Of a stretch of 37,153 bases of DNA, positions 33,561 through 37,153 are shown in pieces. Origin of the DNA: Raillietiella orientalis (taxonomy: Eukaryota); the NCBI GenBank assembly GCA_036172245.1, contig JAYWIR010000063.1, positions 558,001-595,153 of the forward strand, given 5' to 3'. Every line of letters starts with the position of its first letter. The first letter of the stretch is position 1. Made by a program: the position numbers and the translations under genes. The notes under the pieces were generated by a model. It was not told the DNA's origin. It saw only the letters and a list, made by a program, of their open reading frames with translations, and ran no database searches.

Positions 33561-36500
33561 GAGATTCCACGCAACGTCCACGAAACTTTTTCGAAAGACA
33601 TTCTGACTATCGGTGTTCAATGATTGAGACGCAATCGGAAGCGAGGGCGGTGCAAAACTAAAGTAACAATCTCGGAGGTGAGGATCCTCCTCGACTTTGC
33701 TTTCTACTACCTTTGGATTTCTGCGGCCAAGAGGTGATCAAATTTGTGCTCTCAAAGCATTCTGGCGATTTTTGGCGATAAGCCCATTGAAATTTAAATT
33801 TGAATTGCGTGTATTGTCTGTGCAGATTATGAATGTATCACATATGTAAATTCAGGTGTTTCGTTGGAATTTGAAAAGATGGGGCAACTTACTTTTCTTA
33901 GGAGGACATTAGGAACCACGTGACCCCTGGGAAATGAAAGAATGGTTTCCATGTTCCGAAAAGTTTCATGAACAGTATGAAACACATTGTGAGATTCCAT
34001 AGAATGCACTCGCGCCATACCGTGACATCTACTGAGCATTCCACATCCGAAGAGATGGCATTCCATTGATTCAAAACTTCTCCCCGCACGGTTGGACATC
34101 CGCAGAAGAACGTGGAAGAGAAAAGCACCAGATAACACCATCCAAGGATATCCAGAAACTGCTGAATGGAAAAAACAGGACCGGAGGATTTATGGGAAGT
34201 TCCTGGCAGGGATTCCTACTCTTAAGAAAGGAAGAGACGAATAGCAGAAGCCATTAAAATCGCTCAATGTGACACAGGAATGCTCTCACGATGTCATCCA
34301 GGATTAAGTTCACCCAGTTACTGATTCGAAAAAGAAAACCGTATCATCCCTCTCCATCGCTCATGCGTGCGGAAAAAACGAGAAACGAGAACTCATACGA
34401 CAAATTACCATGCATATAGTGTGTTCTCAACGTTTGTTACCTGGTAATTTTCATCTTGAGAATTCTAGTAAAGGCAATTGGAAACACAGGCCATGAAGTA
34501 AGGATGAAACCTCAAACTCAGGGTGTATCCAATTGATCTGGAAGTTCCACATACGAGTTACAAGAACTAGAATGGTCTCAATGGACAGCGTTGTGCTAAG
34601 CGAGTGGCATTCCACTCCAAACGAAGCAGCTCCCCTTTATAAGAGGGTACATTGGTTCATTTCAATACGGCTGGCAGCCTTGAGTAATGAGCAGCTGTAC
34701 GACTAAATATTGCGCAACTTAGGTTGTTGCCGATTCTTGGCCTTGCTTTGATTCAGGCTCTTAACTCGGAGTAGCGGGTTAGCGCACCAATCCGCCGATT
34801 CCGATGAGCACTCTTCAGGCGTGATCTGCCAATTTAATCAGCAGAAGCTTGAGAAATGCCAGAAATTCTCACTAAATTTATTCTCCAAGGATGTGTCACC
34901 TCGCAAGTCTTTTTTGTCAGTGTTTCCTGGTATTTACTGGAGTCGTGGATGCACAAGGAAGCGTTGCGCCAAATGCGAAAACAGAATTTCCTTACTCCAG
35001 ATGGTTTCCAGATTCGCTCGTTTAGCGATGTCTGCAAGCAATGCAGGCCCCTAAGCACAGATGAGAGAACTCCGAAATGATTGGCTTACTTTTATTGGAG
35101 AATTCAAAATCTAAACATGCGTGATTTCAGCAGATGCCAACCACACATACAATTCTGCATTGCTTTCCTGTGGGATATTCATTTCAGGACTGTTCCTCGA
35201 TAACACCCTACTTCTATCTGTTGCGAAGAAACGTAAGTTAATCCTCCTGGAGGGAACTAAGCATTTGTACAATTTGGCTCTCGTAATTTATTACGTATTA
35301 CACTCAAGCTGTTATGTACCTTCCTAGCAAGCAGCGTAAACTCTTTAAACTTTACAGGTGAAAGAATGAGATATTTTCAAATCTCAATCCGATATCGGCA
35401 AACCTGAATTTCAAATTCAAGTGCAACCTGGGGAAGATGGATGCCGATAGGTAGGTTTTAAATGCTTCCTCATGTTTCTCGCTCAAACGGAATGCATCCT
35501 TCTTTCGGAAGCCATAAATTAGTTGCTGCTCATGGCGAAACCAATCAAGATAAACGATTGAGGTAAAAACAACGACAACCAATGTAAGAGTGCTTCAAGA
35601 CAATGAAACTTTACAGTTTATCAATTAAGATGATCTACAAAGTCATCAGTGCATTCTTCTCTGCAGAACCACTATTCGTTGAGCCATCCGAGAATAAATC
35701 AGAAATGACCTCATGGAAGAATCAAGTGTTAAATACTGAGAAAAGATTGAGGTGCTACGTGATCGTAATCCACGGATCATCCAAGTGTTGCTTCAGCGGG
35801 TTTTTCGCAGAACCGTGTTTATCGTAAAGATATATATAAATATAGATATGAAGTTCTGTGAAAAATTGCCTTGATTTCCACACGGCATCTGAGGTGCAGG
35901 AACGGAAATTTGGCATAGATTCTTCGGTTGGAGCTTCAACGGGTGTTCATCGTAACGATTACTATTACTCAATCAAACTTTGCTGGAGCTGAAAATTGTT
36001 CCCTACACATCACAGAATTCATTTTTCACTCCGATTAATCTGGAAATTCAAAAGTTACGATACGTTGTTTGAGATGCGGATAAGCAGGGCATTAATTATC
36101 AAAATCTACACAACAAAATTTTTCCGACGTCCTCATGGAAGTATGTTTATCCTTAACACGTGATTACGGCTGTTTGGAATCACTTGCCATTGCCCGCCAG
36201 CAGGCCGGGAAAATCCCTGCTATTAGCGATAGGGAATAGCAAACCACCAAAAAAAAAGAAATCAAACGAAAACATAAAGGGAGAACAAATTTTAACGGGA
36301 AATGGACGGAGGTGAAGAGATCACCGTTCGCCTCGAGTAGTCCTCTGCATTAGGTTGTACATGAGCCCAAGTGCTGGTCGCAAGGTTCCTAGCCGGCGCC
36401 ATCAGAAAGCTATCTCCATGTTGCTTGCAGCCCAGTGAATGAGGTCCAGTCTGCTTACCACCTGAATGTGCCGAGGCGTATATTCGAAAACCATCCCGGA

Positions 36501-37153
36501 ACAAATGTTCCCAGGAAAGGACGCAGAAGAACGAGAAAAGAGAGACTCCACACGAGGGTAGATGAAACTGAAAGTCAAATACAAGAGGGAGGGAACCACA
36601 AATAAATATATGAAGAAAAAAAAAAATAGGAGTGTCGTGGACACGGATCTTTGACTTGGGTCCTTCCTTAATTTTAAACCAATGTTGAATGTCGGGAATC
36701 CCCTTCTTAACGTCCTCTGAAAGATGAAGCCACAGAGCCGATGAGGACACCTTATCATCGGCTAAACTGTTGGCCTCTCCTTAAACTGGCTACGATTCGA
36801 ACCGAAGGCGGGCTGCGGGGATGGTGCGGATGCAAGAGATCGTTGCGATCAACGCAATTAACGACACTCCGCCTGACGCGAAAGGAAGGCACGTTGAAAT
36901 CCTTGCGGTGATCCCTTGGTGAAACAGCAGTGAAGTCAAAATTTATCTGAGAATGTGGAGTGAGTCAGAATTTTTGGAACATTTGCTAGCACACTGAACT
37001 AGCAGGCAAATTGTCAAATATTCGTTTATAGATACAGCAACTATTAGCGAAAAGAATCTCTAGAAAGTGGAATGTCCATTATACGCAAACTATACATTAA
37101 TTCTTTTCCTCCTTCACTGTATGTGCATCCTGTTTTGATGCATATAGTATGGG

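Noticed and set aside
30900..33580. TSD around segment N
   Set aside because: Only weak partial matches; N is truncated at both ends.
33561..37153. ORFs and A-tracts (~36250, ~36616) as a gene or retroposed tail
   Set aside because: No domain, TSD or LINE terminal motif associated.

Overview
Eukaryotic, repeat-dominated window with no host gene I can support. AT-richer flanks (1-4.5 kb, 5.1-6.0 kb, 28.55-30.9 kb, 33.6-37.2 kb) surround GC-rich, decayed non-LTR retrotransposons of the L1/Tx1 type. Their ORF1 carries CCHC zinc knuckles; their ORF2 is APE endonuclease + RT + C-terminal CxxC..E...H....C finger. The core (6010-28548) is an uninterrupted 22.5-kb mosaic of 12 LINE pieces (B-M) from at least 4 diverged families, in both orientations. 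I found no host DNA and no target-site duplications between the pieces, and no complete element. The whole mosaic is bracketed by an 8-bp direct repeat (CATGAGGA). All six LINE 3' ends in the window lack poly(A) and stop at the same 26-nt AATAAA + pentaloop hairpin, preceded by a second, covarying hairpin. A stand-alone 0.5-kb insertion (A) with a 14-bp TSD fixes the element's 3' end 4 nt after that hairpin. An older copy (N) lies at 30.9-33.6 kb. Family labels and boundaries come from by-eye comparison within the window; internal junctions are uncertain by about 5-15 nt.
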